In this document: positions 16,129 through 27,174 of the stretch, piece by piece
How positions within the stretch are numbered: position 1 is the stretch's first letter
Layout of the letters: each line of letters begins with the position of its first letter
Notes under the pieces: model-generated
The model's input: the letters and a program-made list of their open reading frames with translations, nothing else
What the model was told of the DNA's origin: nothing
The model's database searches: none
NCBI GenBank assembly: GCA_051747805.1
Contig: JBNJGP010000033.1
Span: 1-28,285 of the forward strand
Direction of reading: 5' to 3'
DNA from: Candidatus Muiribacteriota bacterium
GTDB lineage: Bacteria; Muiribacteriota; Muiribacteriia; Muiribacteriales; Muiribacteriaceae
DNA length: 28,285 nt
Made by a program: the position numbers and the translations under genes

Positions 16129-16899
16129 TTAAAACTCTGTAAGTACTTCAACCCCATTTTCTGTTAAAACACATGTATGCTCAAAATGAGCAGAAGGATT
16201 TCTATCAGCGGTTACAACAGTCCACCCATCATCTAACACTTCTACCTCACCTGTTCCAATATTTACCATAGGTTCTATAGCCAGTGCCATACCAGTTTTA
16301 AGCTGTAACCCTTCTCCTGGCCTTCCATAATTAGGTACTTGTGGAGCCTCGTGCAACTTTTTGCCTATTCCATGTCCCACAAATGTTTTGACTACTGAGT
16401 AGCCGTTTTTTTCAGCGTGATTCTGAATTGCAGCACCAATGTCACCTAATTTATTTTTATCTTTAAATTCTTTAATTCCACAATATAAAGACTCTCGCGC
16501 CTTTAATAAGAGTTTTTCTTTATCCTCAGTTATTTCACCAACAGCATAAGTATAGGCAGCATCTCCATAAAAATTTCCCTTTAAAACTCCTACATCTACA
16601 CTGACAATATCACCTACCCTTAAAATACGACTTTTTGAGGGTATTCCATGAACAACCTCTTCATTTATGGATATACAAAGTGTTCCCGGAAAAGGTTTCA
16701 TGTCAACATGAGGTTTATAGCCTAAAAAAGCTGGAGTTCCACCCGCATTTTTAATTAAGTTTAAAGCCTTCTTATCAAGTTCATATGTATTTATCCCGGG
16801 TTTAATGGTTTCTTTTAACATGGAAAGTACATCTGCTACAATCGCAGAGGCTTTTCTCATTTTCTTTATTTCATGTTTGGATTTAATTTTAACTGTCAT
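16129..16899 (-). CDS. map: Methionine aminopeptidase type I
   Basis: CISINEEVVHGIP, GHGIG, HEAPQVPN, IEPM, SAHFEHT. Confidence 0.97.
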   Translation of the reverse strand: MTVKIKSKHEIKKMRKASAIVADVLSMLKETIKPGINTYELDKKALNLIKNAGGTPAFLGYKPHVDMKPFPGTLCISINEEVVHGIPSKSRILRVGDIVSVDVGVLKGNFYGDAAYTYAVGEITEDKEKLLLKARESLYCGIKEFKDKNKLGDIGAAIQNHAEKNGYSVVKTFVGHGIGKKLHEAPQVPNYGRPGEGLQLKTGMALAIEPMVNIGTGEVEVLDDGWTVVTADRNPSAHFEHTCVLTENGVEVLTEF

Positions 16900-17543
16900 T
16901 TGTTCTTTCTGCCTATTTTTTCAGAAATTTCCCTGAAAATATGTTCGACATCAGCCTCACCATTAATTATTATAACATTACCTTTATTCTGATAATACTC
17001 TAGAAGAGGTCGGGTTTCTTCTTCAAATATTTCCAGCCGTTTTTTTATTGTTTCCTTTTTATCATCTTTTCTCTGAACAAGTTTATTCTTGTCTCTATCA
17101 CATATACCTTCAACCTGAGGCGGATTAAAGTTAATATTGTATGTAGCGCCACATTCAGGACATACACGTCTGCTTGAAAGTCTTTTAATAATCTCATCTG
17201 GGCTTACCCTGATTTTTATTACCCAGTCAAGTTTCATTTTTTCTTTTTCAAGCATTTCTGTAAGAGCTTTTGCCTGGGCCAGATTTCTCGGAAAACCATC
17301 CAGTATAATTCCTTTTTTCTGTTCTTTAATCCTTTTTAACATAAGGTTAATTATAAGCTCATCAGGGACTAGTTTTCCGGCTTCCATAAATTCCCTGGCC
17401 CTGGCGCCTAACTCTGTATTTTCTTTTACTTCCTGCCGGAGTATATCCCCCGGAGAAAAATGCTTTAATCCAAAAGTTTTTTCAAGTTTTTTTGATTGTG
17501 TTCCCTTTCCTGCTCCGGGCCCTCCAAGCAATAAAATATTCAT
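16896..17543 (-). CDS. adk: Adenylate kinase
   Basis: GGPGAGKGTQ, LDGFPR, lid CPEC..CDRD; start set at the second ATG, which has GGAG 6 nt upstream. Confidence 0.96.
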   Translation of the reverse strand: MNILLLGGPGAGKGTQSKKLEKTFGLKHFSPGDILRQEVKENTELGARAREFMEAGKLVPDELIINLMLKRIKEQKKGIILDGFPRNLAQAKALTEMLEKEKMKLDWVIKIRVSPDEIIKRLSSRRVCPECGATYNINFNPPQVEGICDRDKNKLVQRKDDKKETIKKRLEIFEEETRPLLEYYQNKGNVIIINGEADVEHIFREISEKIGRKNK

Positions 17544-17556
17544 AACTTTCTCCATT

Positions 17557-18870
17557 TTATTTCTTTTTCAGAAAACCTTCATAGTGTCTTGTCAACATAT
17601 GTGCTTCCATTTGTTTCATTGTATCAGAAGCAACACCAACAACAATCAATAATGCGGTTCCTCCAAAATAAAAAGGCACATTAAAAGCAACAATTAGTAT
17701 TGTTGGAACAAGGGCAATACTGGCAAGAAAAATTGAACCAGCAAGCGTAATTCTAACCATAACACGGTCAATAAATTCGGCAGTCCATCTACCAGCTCTA
17801 ATACCAGGAATAAACCCACCATATTTTTTCATATTATCAGCCAGTTCTTTTGGATTCATAATAATTGCAGTATAAAAATAAGTGAATCCGATAATTAAAA
17901 GAGCATAAAGCGTCATATGAATTGGATGGTCTGGCGAAAACCAGTTACTCAAAGTAACTAGTACATCATAAACTCTGCCGGTTAAATCAAGATTTGTTGT
18001 AATCATCTGCAACACCATTCCTGGAAATATAAGTATAGAAGAAGCAAATATAATTGGCAACACTCCCGATTGATTAACCCTTAACGGAATATAAGTCGAG
18101 TGTCCGCCATAAACTCTTCTTCCAACTACTCTTTTTGCATATTGAACAGGTATTTTTCTTGTAGCCTCCTGAATAATTACAACAAACGCTACAATTGCAA
18201 TCGCAAGTCCAGCAAGTATTGCAATCCAGGGTATTAAAAGAGGACTGTCTGAGTAATTCTGGAAAGTTGATGCAATTGCTCCTGGAAGTCTTGCAACAAT
18301 ACCAGCAAAAATCAGCATAGAAATACCGTTACCAATGCCTTTTTCTGTCATTTTTTCACCCAGCCACATAACGAAGGTAGCACCTGCCGTTAATGTTAAT
18401 ACAGTATTCAGAGTGAAGAACAAAAAGTTTTCACTCATCTGCGGGGTTAAAACATCATAATTTCTCAGCATAAATGTCATTCCCAGACCCTGTAAAACAG
18501 AAATGAAAACTGTACCATATCTCGTGTACTGTGATATTTTCATTCTGCCCTCTTCACCACCTTCTTTTGAAAGTTTCTCAAGAGCAGGAATAACATATGT
18601 TAAAAGTTGCATTATAATAGATGCGTTAATATAAGGCGCTATTCCAAGTGCAAATATTGAAAATCTTAAAAGAGCTCCTCCAGAAAACATGTCAAGAAAT
18701 CCTAAAATTCCTCCACCCGCATCTCCAAATAAATTTGCAAGTTTAGTAGGGTCAACTCCTGGAACCGGAATATGTGTTCCCAGTCGGAAAACTGCAATTG
18801 CACCAAGAGCAAACAGTATTCTGTTTTTAAGCTCTGGTATGCTGAAAATATTTTTTATATTCTTAATCAT
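17557..18870 (-). CDS. secY: Preprotein translocase SecY
   Basis: [47 protein letters not shown]. Confidence 0.98.
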   Translation of the reverse strand: MIKNIKNIFSIPELKNRILFALGAIAVFRLGTHIPVPGVDPTKLANLFGDAGGGILGFLDMFSGGALLRFSIFALGIAPYINASIIMQLLTYVIPALEKLSKEGGEEGRMKISQYTRYGTVFISVLQGLGMTFMLRNYDVLTPQMSENFLFFTLNTVLTLTAGATFVMWLGEKMTEKGIGNGISMLIFAGIVARLPGAIASTFQNYSDSPLLIPWIAILAGLAIAIVAFVVIIQEATRKIPVQYAKRVVGRRVYGGHSTYIPLRVNQSGVLPIIFASSILIFPGMVLQMITTNLDLTGRVYDVLVTLSNWFSPDHPIHMTLYALLIIGFTYFYTAIIMNPKELADNMKKYGGFIPGIRAGRWTAEFIDRVMVRITLAGSIFLASIALVPTILIVAFNVPFYFGGTALLIVVGVASDTMKQMEAHMLTRHYEGFLKKK

Positions 18871-19318
18871 TTAACACCTCTGTCTTACCGGAAGCTTCCT
18901 GAATTTTTTTAATAGCTGTCTGAGAAAATTTATGGGCTTTCACTGTAAGTTTTTTTTCAAGGGTTCCCTCTCCTAAAACTTTCACTCCATCTTTTCCCAT
19001 TTTGCGTATTAATCTTTTTTCAAGAAGTAGTTCAGGTGTGACATCTGTCCCATCTTCAAAAATATTAAGCGATTTTAAATTAACCACTGCAAAATCTTTC
19101 CTAAATCCATAGTTTGAAAAACCTCTTTTCGGGGTTCTTCTAATTAAAGGCATCTGACCACCCTCAAATCCAAATCTATTCGAGTATCCGCTTCTGGATT
19201 TCTGGCCATTTTCTCCTCTTCCAGCTGTTTTACCTTTACCAGAGCCAGCCCCTCTTGCAACTCTTTTCCTGGGTTTTCTGGCACCCGGATTACTTTTTAT
19301 ATTTCCTAACTTTATCAT
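18863..19318 (-). CDS. rplO: 50S ribosomal protein L15
   Basis: [26 protein letters not shown]. Confidence 0.98.
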   Translation of the reverse strand: MIKLGNIKSNPGARKPRKRVARGAGSGKGKTAGRGENGQKSRSGYSNRFGFEGGQMPLIRRTPKRGFSNYGFRKDFAVVNLKSLNIFEDGTDVTPELLLEKRLIRKMGKDGVKVLGEGTLEKKLTVKAHKFSQTAIKKIQEASGKTEVLND

Positions 19319-19341
19319 TTGTATCCTCCAGAAATATGTTT

Positions 19342-19518
19342 TTAAACTTCTTTTACATCAACAAGATGCTTTACTTTTGAAATCATCCCGTCAATCTGTT
19401 TATTTTTTTCCTTTTTTACAGTACTGTGTAGTTTATTAAGACCTAAAGCTTTAATTGTTGCCCTCTGTTTTGGTTTCCTTCCAATAACGCTTTTTACTAA
19501 TTTTATTTCAAGTGCCAT
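19342..19518 (-). CDS. rpmD: 50S ribosomal protein L30 (not in ORF track)
   Basis: Translated by hand: [34 protein letters not shown]...[25 protein letters not shown]. Confidence 0.96.
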   Translation of the reverse strand: MALEIKLVKSVIGRKPKQRATIKALGLNKLHSTVKKEKNKQIDGMISKVKHLVDVKEV

Positions 19519-19533
19519 TTTTCCTCCTCAAGG

Positions 19534-20082
19534 CTATGCAAAAAGTTTCTTTAACTCAACACCTCTGGTTTTAGCTATTTCATCAGCGTTTCTTAAAGCC
19601 AGAAGTCCGTTAATGGTAGCTTTAACCATATTGATTTTATTATTAGAACCAAGTGACTTAGTAAGAATATCTTTAACCCCTACTACTTCAAGTACGGCAC
19701 GCACAGGTCCGCCTGCAATCACACCAGTACCTTCAGAAGCCGGTCTTAAAAAAACTCTTCCCCCATCGGCTCTTCCTAAAATTTCATGTGGTATTGTACC
19801 ACCTTTAAGAGATACGCTTACCATTGTTTTTTTAGCTTTTTCTATTGCTTTTTTAATAGCATTTGGAACTTCCTGAGCTTTTCCAATTCCAAAACCTACA
19901 TTACCCTGTTTGTCACCAACAACAACTAAAGCAGAAAATCTAAATCTTCTTCCACCTTTTACAACTTTGGCAACACGATTAATATAAACAACTCTCTCTT
20001 CAAGTTCAATCTCTGGTTCTTTTTGTCCCTGTATTTGTTTATCAACTCTCTCTTCCGCTTTTCTAAGTTCTCTTTCGCTCAT
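19534..20082 (-). CDS. rpsE: 30S ribosomal protein S5
   Basis: [30 protein letters not shown]. Confidence 0.98.
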   Translation of the reverse strand: MSERELRKAEERVDKQIQGQKEPEIELEERVVYINRVAKVVKGGRRFRFSALVVVGDKQGNVGFGIGKAQEVPNAIKKAIEKAKKTMVSVSLKGGTIPHEILGRADGGRVFLRPASEGTGVIAGGPVRAVLEVVGVKDILTKSLGSNNKINMVKATINGLLALRNADEIAKTRGVELKKLFA

Positions 20083-20097
20083 TTATCCTCCCGATTC

Positions 20098-20463
20098 TTA
20101 AAATTTAAGACCGTTTGCTCTTGCAGAATCGGCCAATTCTTTAACTCTTCCCTGATATCTGAAACCATTTCTATCAAAAACAACTTCTTTAATATTTTTT
20201 TCTCCTGCTTTACGGGCCACAATTTCACCAATTTTTTTTGCAGAATCAACATTTCCGCCATATTCAAGTTCTTTTCGAACATCTTTATCATTGGATGAAG
20301 CTGATATAACCGTTTTCTGATTAACATCGTCAATCAGTTGAACATATATGTTTTTCAAACTTCTGAAAACACTCATTCTAGGCTTTGCCGGTGTTCCCAT
20401 TAACTTTTTTCTAATAGAAATCTTTCTTTTTAATCTTCTTTTTTCTTTTACGTTCTTTTTCAT
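20098..20463 (-). CDS. rplR: 50S ribosomal protein L18
   Basis: [22 protein letters not shown]. Confidence 0.98.
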   Translation of the reverse strand: MKKNVKEKRRLKRKISIRKKLMGTPAKPRMSVFRSLKNIYVQLIDDVNQKTVISASSNDKDVRKELEYGGNVDSAKKIGEIVARKAGEKNIKEVVFDRNGFRYQGRVKELADSARANGLKF

Positions 20464-20487
20464 GTCAAATCTCCTTACCAGTTATAC

Positions 20488-21027
20488 TTAAACAGCACGT
20501 TTACCAGCTTTTCTGGTAATATGTTCATCAGCATATTTTATGCCTTTTCCTTTATACGGTTCAGGCTCTCTTAAGGCCCTAATTTCAGCAGCAAACTGTC
20601 CGACCTTCTGCTTATTTGAACCTTTTAATTTAATAGTTAAACCCTTATCTTCAACAGAGGCTTCTAATCCTTCAGGAATTTGCATATCAATAGGATGTGA
20701 GTAACCTACATTCAGATTAATAACTTTTCCATTAAGTAAAGCTCTGTATCCAACACCGCTTATTTTCAAAGTTTTTTCAAATCCTTCATTAACACCTTTA
20801 ATCATATTTTTAATTTCTGCCGCCACTGTTCCATGCAGTGAACGATGAAATTTTGATTGTGTAGGCGGTTTAACTGTAACAGATTTTTCATCTTTTTCAA
20901 TAATTATTTCACTGTTAAAAGTTTTCTGAAGTGTTCCTTTAGGTCCTTTAACTGTTATATGATTACCATCAAGTTTCACTTCAACTTTTTCTGGTAATTG
21001 TATAGGGTTTTTACCAATTCTTGACAT
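20488..21027 (-). CDS. rplF: 50S ribosomal protein L6
   Basis: MSRIGK start after AAGGAGG; GVGYRA; PEPYKGKGI. Confidence 0.98.
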   Translation of the reverse strand: MSRIGKNPIQLPEKVEVKLDGNHITVKGPKGTLQKTFNSEIIIEKDEKSVTVKPPTQSKFHRSLHGTVAAEIKNMIKGVNEGFEKTLKISGVGYRALLNGKVINLNVGYSHPIDMQIPEGLEASVEDKGLTIKLKGSNKQKVGQFAAEIRALREPEPYKGKGIKYADEHITRKAGKRAV

Positions 21028-21038
21028 AAATTCCTCCT

Positions 21039-21437
21039 TTACCATACGTAGCAGACAACTTCACCGCCCACACCAAGTTTTCTGGAAGCTTTATCTGAGA
21101 TAACTCCCTTTGGTGTAGATAGAATTGCCAGCCCTAATCCGCCAAGCACACGGGGTATTTCTTCTTTACCTACATAAATTCTTAATCCGGGCTTACTTAT
21201 TCTTTTAAGCCCATTAATAATTCTTTCCTTATTTTTAGCATATTTCATGTCAACTTTAATAAAGTTCTTTTTATTAACTTTATACTCTTTAAAATCTCTA
21301 ATAAATCCGTTATCTTTAAGAATTTTTGCGATTTCCAGTTTTATTTTGGAATGCGGTATTTCAACAGATTTACTCATATTTTTGTTTGCATTTCTAACTC
21401 TAGTTAGCATATCTGCAACAGGATCTGTCATTGTCAT
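21039..21437 (-). CDS. rpsH: 30S ribosomal protein S8
   Basis: [16 protein letters not shown] start after [22 protein letters not shown]. Confidence 0.98.
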   Translation of the reverse strand: MTMTDPVADMLTRVRNANKNMSKSVEIPHSKIKLEIAKILKDNGFIRDFKEYKVNKKNFIKVDMKYAKNKERIINGLKRISKPGLRIYVGKEEIPRVLGGLGLAILSTPKGVISDKASRKLGVGGEVVCYVW

Positions 21438-21451
21438 TTTATATTTTCCTC

Positions 21452-21637
21452 CTACCAGCTTGATTTTCTTACGCCAGGAATCATACCTGCACGAGCTAAA
21501 TTTCTGAAACAAATCCGGCACATTCCGAATTTTCTAATAAATGCTCTTGGTCGTCCGCATAATGGACACCTATTATATTCTCTTACCCTGAACTTATTTG
21601 TCTTCTGTGATTTTTCCAATAAACATTTCTTTGCCAT
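21452..21637 (-). CDS. rpsN: 30S ribosomal protein S14, Zn-binding type Z
   Basis: 61 aa; [21 protein letters not shown]. Confidence 0.97.
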   Translation of the reverse strand: MAKKCLLEKSQKTNKFRVREYNRCPLCGRPRAFIRKFGMCRICFRNLARAGMIPGVRKSSW

Positions 21638-21649
21638 TAATCCTCCTGT

Positions 21650-22228
21650 TTAATTCTTTCTGAAAGGCATTCCAAGATTTTTTAATAATGCAACACATTC
21701 ATCGTCTTTGTTTGCTGATGTTGTAATTGCTATATCCATTCCTCTAACTTGATCAACACTTTCGTATTTAATTTCGGGAAACACAACCTGTTCTTTAATT
21801 CCCATATTATAATTTCCTCTTCCATCAGTTGACTTAGGATTTAATCCCCTGAAATCTTTAATTCTTGGGATTACAACATTTAAAAGTCTGTCAAGGAAGT
21901 ACCACATTTTATTACCTCTAAGTGTTACAGAACAACCTACAGGAAATCCATCTCTGATTTTAAAGTTTGAAATAGATTTTTTAGCCTTGGTAACTACAGG
22001 TTTCTGACCACTAATTTTACTTAATGTATCAATAGCAGACTCAATAGCTTTTGGATTTAGTTTTCCATCACCTATTCCCATATTTATTGTAACTTTTTTT
22101 ACTTGAGGAATTTGATTTACATTTTTAAAATTAAATTCTTTTTCTAATTTATTGCTTACTTCGCTTTTATACCTTTCCCTTAATCTTGGTTCAGGTCTGG
22201 TTTTAGCTTCTTTTTTAGCTTCAGCCAT
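21650..22228 (-). CDS. rplE: 50S ribosomal protein L5
   Basis: INMGIG, GQKPVVT, PRIKDFRG, DGRGNY. Confidence 0.98.
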   Translation of the reverse strand: MAEAKKEAKTRPEPRLRERYKSEVSNKLEKEFNFKNVNQIPQVKKVTINMGIGDGKLNPKAIESAIDTLSKISGQKPVVTKAKKSISNFKIRDGFPVGCSVTLRGNKMWYFLDRLLNVVIPRIKDFRGLNPKSTDGRGNYNMGIKEQVVFPEIKYESVDQVRGMDIAITTSANKDDECVALLKNLGMPFRKN

Positions 22229-22242
22229 TTTTTTCCTCCTTC

Positions 22243-22572
22243 TTAAACCTTATCCACGATTTCGCCGGATTTTTTACTGAATCTAACAGTTTTTCCATCA
22301 ATTTTTTTATGCCCTATTCTTGTCGGTTTATCTGTTTGAGGACACATAAGCTGTAAATTGGAAATATGAACATTTCCTTCTTTTTCAATTATTCCACCCT
22401 TTTTCATCTGATTAGTTGGCTTTTGATGTCTTTTAATAAAATTAATTTTAGACACAATAGCTCTTCCAGTTTCAGGGTAAACTTTAAGCACTTCACCGGT
22501 TTTTCCCTTTTCTTTTCCGGCAGTTACAAGTACTTTATCACCTTTTTTTATATGTCTTACTTTAGTTTTCAT
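22243..22572 (-). CDS. rplX: 50S ribosomal protein L24
   Basis: KKGDKVLVTAGKEKGK, GGIIEKE, HISN. Confidence 0.98.
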   Translation of the reverse strand: MKTKVRHIKKGDKVLVTAGKEKGKTGEVLKVYPETGRAIVSKINFIKRHQKPTNQMKKGGIIEKEGNVHISNLQLMCPQTDKPTRIGHKKIDGKTVRFSKKSGEIVDKV

Positions 22573-22582
22573 TAGTTCCTCC

Positions 22583-22951
22583 TTAAATCACTTCAGGAGC
22601 AAGAGATATTATTTTAGTATACGCTTTTTCCCTAAGTTCTCTTGCAACTGGTCCAAAAATACGAGTTCCTTTTGGATTTCCGTCAGGATCAATAATAACA
22701 GCAGCATTGTCATCAAATCTTATATATGAGCCATCTTTTCTTCTGAACTCTTTTTTTGTTCTAACAACAACAGCCTTTACAACCTCTTTCTTTTTAACAT
22801 TACCCCGAGGTATAGCGCTTTTAACTGAAGCAGTTACAACATCACCAATTGTACCATATTTTCTATTTGTACCGCCAACAACCTGGATTACGAGAAGTTC
22901 TCTTGCTCCGGTGTTATCAGCAACTACAAGTCTTGATTCTTTTTGTATCAT
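22583..22951 (-). CDS. rplN: 50S ribosomal protein L14
   Basis: [28 protein letters not shown]. Confidence 0.98.
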   Translation of the reverse strand: MIQKESRLVVADNTGARELLVIQVVGGTNRKYGTIGDVVTASVKSAIPRGNVKKKEVVKAVVVRTKKEFRRKDGSYIRFDDNAAVIIDPDGNPKGTRIFGPVARELREKAYTKIISLAPEVI

Positions 22952-22969
22952 AACATTTCCTCCCGTAAC

Positions 22970-23230
22970 CTATTTCACTGCTTTTGCAATGATTTCCGTC
23001 ACTCTCCATCTTTTATCTTTTGATATTGGTCTTGTTTCCATCATTTTTACTTTGTCACCTTGTTTACATTCATTACTTTCATCATGAGCCTTATATTTTT
23101 TCGATTTTCTTACAACCTTTGTATAAACAGGGTGTCTATAAACATTTTCAACTGAAACAACAACTGTTTTATCCATTTTATCACTAACAACAGTTCCTGT
23201 TCTTACTTTTCTATCACCACGTTCCTTCAT
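22970..23230 (-). CDS. rpsQ: 30S ribosomal protein S17
   Basis: [24 protein letters not shown]. Confidence 0.98.
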   Translation of the reverse strand: MKERGDRKVRTGTVVSDKMDKTVVVSVENVYRHPVYTKVVRKSKKYKAHDESNECKQGDKVKMMETRPISKDKRWRVTEIIAKAVK

Positions 23231-23433
23231 TTAACACCTCCGTTTTTTTCCTGGGTTTCTCTAATTACAGTTTTAACACGGGCAATATCTCTTCTAACCT
23301 GTTTCAGTCTTGAATTATTTTCAAGTTTTCCTGTAACAGATTGAAACCTTAAGTTAAAAAGTTCCTGCTTAAAATCATTTTCTTTGTTTTTCAACTCTTC
23401 TATTGTTAATTCTCTTAATTCAGCTGCTTTCAT
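23227..23433 (-). CDS. rpmC: 50S ribosomal protein L29
   Basis: [17 protein letters not shown]. Confidence 0.98.
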   Translation of the reverse strand: MKAAELRELTIEELKNKENDFKQELFNLRFQSVTGKLENNSRLKQVRRDIARVKTVIRETQEKNGGVK

Positions 23434-23865
23434 TTATCTTTCCTCCCCAACTTCACTCGAATGTATAAATTTTGTTCTAACTGGCAGTTTATGTGAAGCA
23501 AGTTCCATAGCTCTTTTTGCAACATCGAAAGGCACCCCTTCAAGTTCAAACATAATTTTTCCTGTTTTAACTACTGCAACCCAGTGATCTACAGCACCTT
23601 TACCTTTACCCATTCTGGTTTCAGCGGGTTTAGAAGTTACAGGTTTCTGTGGAAAAATTCTTATCCATAGCTTTCCGCTTCTTTTCATAAATCTGGTTAT
23701 TGCAATACGTGACGCCTCAATTTGTTGACTGGTAATCCAGCCGCCTTCAAGAGCACATAATCCATACGAACCAAAAAACAGGGTATTTCCATTAGTTGAT
23801 TCCTGTTTAGGTTTTCTTTTCCCAACATGGATTTTTCTATGTTTAACTTTTTTTGGCATTAACAT
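23434..23865 (-). CDS. rplP: 50S ribosomal protein L16
   Basis: [23 protein letters not shown]. Confidence 0.98.
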   Translation of the reverse strand: MLMPKKVKHRKIHVGKRKPKQESTNGNTLFFGSYGLCALEGGWITSQQIEASRIAITRFMKRSGKLWIRIFPQKPVTSKPAETRMGKGKGAVDHWVAVVKTGKIMFELEGVPFDVAKRAMELASHKLPVRTKFIHSSEVGEER

Positions 23866-23878
23866 TTATGTTTCCTCC

Positions 23879-24598
23879 TTATTTTTGTGCACTTTTGGAC
23901 TTCGCTCTTTTTTTAGCTTTACTCTGTCTTTCCCCTGAAGCCTCAGAAGTATAATTAACATATCTCTGATCAAGTATATCACCTCTATACAGCCACACTT
24001 TAACACCAATTAATCCATATGTAGTGCTCGCTTCAACAAATCCATAATCAACATCGGCCCTTAAAGTCTGCATAGGTACTCGACCTTCCCGGTACCATTC
24101 AGTTCTGGCGATTTCAGAACCACCAAGTCGTCCGGAACATTCAATTTTAATCCCTTTCATGCCTTCCATCATAACTTTTCCAATAGCTCTTTTCATAGCT
24201 CTTCTGAACGAAATTCTTCTTTCAAGCTGATTGGCAACATTTATAGCAATAAGCTGTCCATATTCGCTCTGTTTTTTAATTTCATTAATGTAAAGAAGAA
24301 CCTGTTTATTTGTCTTTTTAGTCAGTTCATTTTTTAAGGCATTAATTTCTGAACCACCTTTTCCAACAACCACACCCGGTCGTGCAGTATTAATAACAAT
24401 TTTCACCTTTGATACAGACGGTCTTTCAATCTCTACATGACTGATTTCACCTCTGGTGATTTTTTTATTTATATGTTCTCTGATTTTAATATCTTCGTGT
24501 AAAAAATCTACATAATCTTCACCTTTAGCAAACCATCTGGAAGGCCAGGTCCTGTTAATGTTAATTCTCATTCCGGTTGGATGTGCTTTTTGACCCAT
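23879..24598 (-). CDS. rpsC: 30S ribosomal protein S3
   Basis: MGQKAHP, ARPGVVVGKGG, SGRLGGSEIAR, TYGLIGVKVW. Confidence 0.98.
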   Translation of the reverse strand: MGQKAHPTGMRININRTWPSRWFAKGEDYVDFLHEDIKIREHINKKITRGEISHVEIERPSVSKVKIVINTARPGVVVGKGGSEINALKNELTKKTNKQVLLYINEIKKQSEYGQLIAINVANQLERRISFRRAMKRAIGKVMMEGMKGIKIECSGRLGGSEIARTEWYREGRVPMQTLRADVDYGFVEASTTYGLIGVKVWLYRGDILDQRYVNYTSEASGERQSKAKKRAKSKSAQK

Positions 24599-25086
24599 TA
24601 ATTCTCCTCCTTAACAACTTCTGCTTTTTCAGATTTTTTGCTTTCTGATTTTACTTTGTTCTTTTTTTGTGCTGTTTCTTTTTCAGCTTTAGCTTTTGTT
24701 GCTTTTTTTTCGTTTTTTTCTGGTTTTACAGGTGTTTTTACTTCCTCTTGTACCTCTTTTAAAATAACTGTGTTATGACAAGTTCTTTTATTTATACGAA
24801 ATGCTCTTCCCATTGGTTGTGGCTGTATTCTTTTCAGTGTGGGTCCTTCATTTGAATAAATTTCAGAAATGTAAAGTCTGTCAGCATCCATCGAGTGATT
24901 ATTCACCGCATTAGCTACTGCAGAATTTATTAATTTAGTTAAATAATAACAAGCTTTTTTATTATTCAACTTCAGAATATTTAAAGCATGTTCTGCCTTT
25001 TTTCCTCTAATTTCTTTCATAACCTGGTTCATTTTCAGAGGTGAGATTCTAATATGTTTTTGTATTGCTCTAACAGTATTTTCCAT
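24598..25086 (-). CDS. rplV: 50S ribosomal protein L22 with Lys/Glu-rich C-terminal extension
   Basis: IRISPLK, SAVANA, NEGPTLKR, GRA. Confidence 0.97.
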   Translation of the reverse strand: MENTVRAIQKHIRISPLKMNQVMKEIRGKKAEHALNILKLNNKKACYYLTKLINSAVANAVNNHSMDADRLYISEIYSNEGPTLKRIQPQPMGRAFRINKRTCHNTVILKEVQEEVKTPVKPEKNEKKATKAKAEKETAQKKNKVKSESKKSEKAEVVKEEN

Positions 25087-25100
25087 TATTATTCCTCCAA

Positions 25101-25385
25101 TTACTTAATAGAAATTGTTCTCTGAGTATGAGAACCGTGCCCTCTGAATGTGCGAGTTGGAACAAACTCACCAAGCTTATAACCGACCATGTTTTCAGAA
25201 ATATAAATTGGCACATGTTTTTTGCCGTTATGCACAGCAATTGTGTGTCCTACCATTTCAGGCAGTATTGTACTTCTTCTTGACCAAGTTTTAATAACTC
25301 TTTTTTTCCCTTCTTTATTCATCTGATTAACTTTTTTAAATACATGTTCATCTATAAAAGGGCCTTTTTTGGTTGATCTACTCAT
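25101..25385 (-). CDS. rpsS: 30S ribosomal protein S19
   Basis: [24 protein letters not shown]. Confidence 0.98.
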   Translation of the reverse strand: MSRSTKKGPFIDEHVFKKVNQMNKEGKKRVIKTWSRRSTILPEMVGHTIAVHNGKKHVPIYISENMVGYKLGEFVPTRTFRGHGSHTQRTISIK

Positions 25386-25396
25386 CTTAAATCCTC

Positions 25397-26221
25397 CTAG
25401 TTAATTCTTCTCAAAATAAGTTTATCGCTGCTTTTTCTTTTTCTGGTTTTTAAACCTTTAGCACATTGTCCCCATGGTGATACTGGATGAGGATTACCTT
25501 GAGAAGTTTTACCTTCACCACCACCGTGTGGATGATCAACTGGATTCATGGAAGTACCACGTTGCTTAGGTTTTCTTCCCATCCATCTTTTTCTACCAGC
25601 TTTACCAACAACAATATTCATCCAGTCAGAATTACCAATTCTTCCAATAGTCGCTCTACACTGGTTCAGAATTTTCCTGATTTCGCCGGAAGGCATTTTC
25701 ATAAGAGTGTACTTTCCTTCCTGACCAATAACCTGGGCAGCATTTCCAGCACTTCTTGCGATTTGTCCACCTTTTCCCGGTTTCATTTCAACGTTATGTA
25801 CAAAAGTTCCAGCCGGGATATTTTCAAGTCTAGTATTATTCCCTTTTTTAATTTCAATATCTTCGCCACTGTATATAACATCACCAATATTTAGTCCATC
25901 AGGTGCAATAATATATCTTTTTTCGCCATCATTATAATGAAGCAAAGCAATATTTGCAGTTCTGTTTGGATCATATTCAAGTGTCGCTACTTTAGCAGGA
26001 ACACCATCTTTGTTTCTTTTGAAGTCAATTATTCTATAACTTCTTTTATGTCCGCCACCTCTAAATCTACTTGTAATTCTACCATTATTATTTCTGCCGC
26101 CTGTTTTTCTCATAGGAGCAAGCAGAGATTTTTCCGGCTCAACTTTAGATAATTCTGATTTATCTAATGTTGTTAAGTATCTTCTTGTTGGCGTTGTAGG
26201 TTTAAATCTTTTAATAGCCAT
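25397..26221 (-). CDS. rplB: 50S ribosomal protein L2
   Basis: [28 protein letters not shown]. Confidence 0.98.
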   Translation of the reverse strand: MAIKRFKPTTPTRRYLTTLDKSELSKVEPEKSLLAPMRKTGGRNNNGRITSRFRGGGHKRSYRIIDFKRNKDGVPAKVATLEYDPNRTANIALLHYNDGEKRYIIAPDGLNIGDVIYSGEDIEIKKGNNTRLENIPAGTFVHNVEMKPGKGGQIARSAGNAAQVIGQEGKYTLMKMPSGEIRKILNQCRATIGRIGNSDWMNIVVGKAGRKRWMGRKPKQRGTSMNPVDHPHGGGEGKTSQGNPHPVSPWGQCAKGLKTRKRKSSDKLILRRIN

Positions 26222-26238
26222 TTTTTCTCTCCTTTGCG

Positions 26239-26532
26239 TTAAATTCCTTCAAAAACTTCAATTTTGTCACCCTCTTTAAGAGTAACATAAGCTTTTTTCC
26301 ATTCAGGTCTGCGTCCAACATGAACACCCTGTCTTTTAAGTTTGCCCTGAAATTTTGCTGTATTAATATTTGTAACTTTCACATCAAAAATTTCTTCAAC
26401 AGCATTCTTAATTTCGTGTTTGTTAGCATAAGGTGCAACTTTAAAACAATACTGATTATCTTCCATCATGCCAACACCTTTTTCAGAAATAAGAGGGGTT
26501 CTTACAATGTCATATATATTTTTACTTGGCAT
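26239..26532 (-). CDS. rplW: 50S ribosomal protein L23
   Basis: [21 protein letters not shown]. Confidence 0.98.
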   Translation of the reverse strand: MPSKNIYDIVRTPLISEKGVGMMEDNQYCFKVAPYANKHEIKNAVEEIFDVKVTNINTAKFQGKLKRQGVHVGRRPEWKKAYVTLKEGDKIEVFEGI

Positions 26533-27160
26533 CTTTATATACCTCCTCTATTTTATTAACAGCTTCTCTTGAAAAATAAACATTTTCATATCTAACCAAG
26601 TCATACACGTTAATTGAATCAACGTTAAGAACCTTTGTTTTAGGAATATTTCTTGCAGATAAATAAATTTTATCTTTACCATCCTTGTTCGAAATCATTA
26701 TTAAATTGTAAAGACCTGTTGTTTTACAATTATTAAAAAATTCAACAAAATTTTTTGTTTTTATTTCAGATAAATCAAAGTTAACTGCTACTGCCTTCTG
26801 ATTAATCAGTTTATCTGATAAAGCAGATTTTAAAGCAACTTTTCTCTGTTTTCTGTTAATTTTATATCTATAGTCTCTTGGGTGTGGACCAAAAGTAATA
26901 CCTCCACCCGGTTTAAGCGGAGATTTATTTGTTCCCTGTCTTGCACGGCCAGTTCCTTTCTGTCTGAACGGTTTCTGTCCGGAGCCCTTAACCATAGAAC
27001 GTGTTTTTGTTGAATGTGTTCCCTGTCTTTTATTAGCAAGTTGATTTAAAATACTTTCATGAACAAGATTTTCATTTACTTTTACATTGAAAATATTGTC
27101 ATTTACATCAAGTTTTTCAACTTCCTTTCCCTTCATGTCAATTAAACTCATTTTTGCCAT
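26522..27160 (-). CDS. rplD: 50S ribosomal protein L4
   Basis: RQGTHSTKTR, KPFRQKGTGRARQG, FGPHPR, SARNIP. Confidence 0.98.
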   Translation of the reverse strand: MAKMSLIDMKGKEVEKLDVNDNIFNVKVNENLVHESILNQLANKRQGTHSTKTRSMVKGSGQKPFRQKGTGRARQGTNKSPLKPGGGITFGPHPRDYRYKINRKQRKVALKSALSDKLINQKAVAVNFDLSEIKTKNFVEFFNNCKTTGLYNLIMISNKDGKDKIYLSARNIPKTKVLNVDSINVYDLVRYENVYFSREAVNKIEEVYKDAK

Positions 27161-27174
27161 ATAGCTCCTCCAAA

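Noticed and set aside
17137..17652. 171-aa plus-strand ORF and similar ORFs (e.g. 22707..23087, 25487..25894, 13244..13525, 9934..10176)
   Set aside because: Antisense to well-conserved genes, with the Phe/Ser/Leu-rich composition typical of shadow ORFs
20079..20333. Same-strand alternative-frame ORFs (also 5462..5665, 26830..27039, 27474..27692)
   Set aside because: Nested in real genes with no recognisable motifs and no sign of programmed frameshifting
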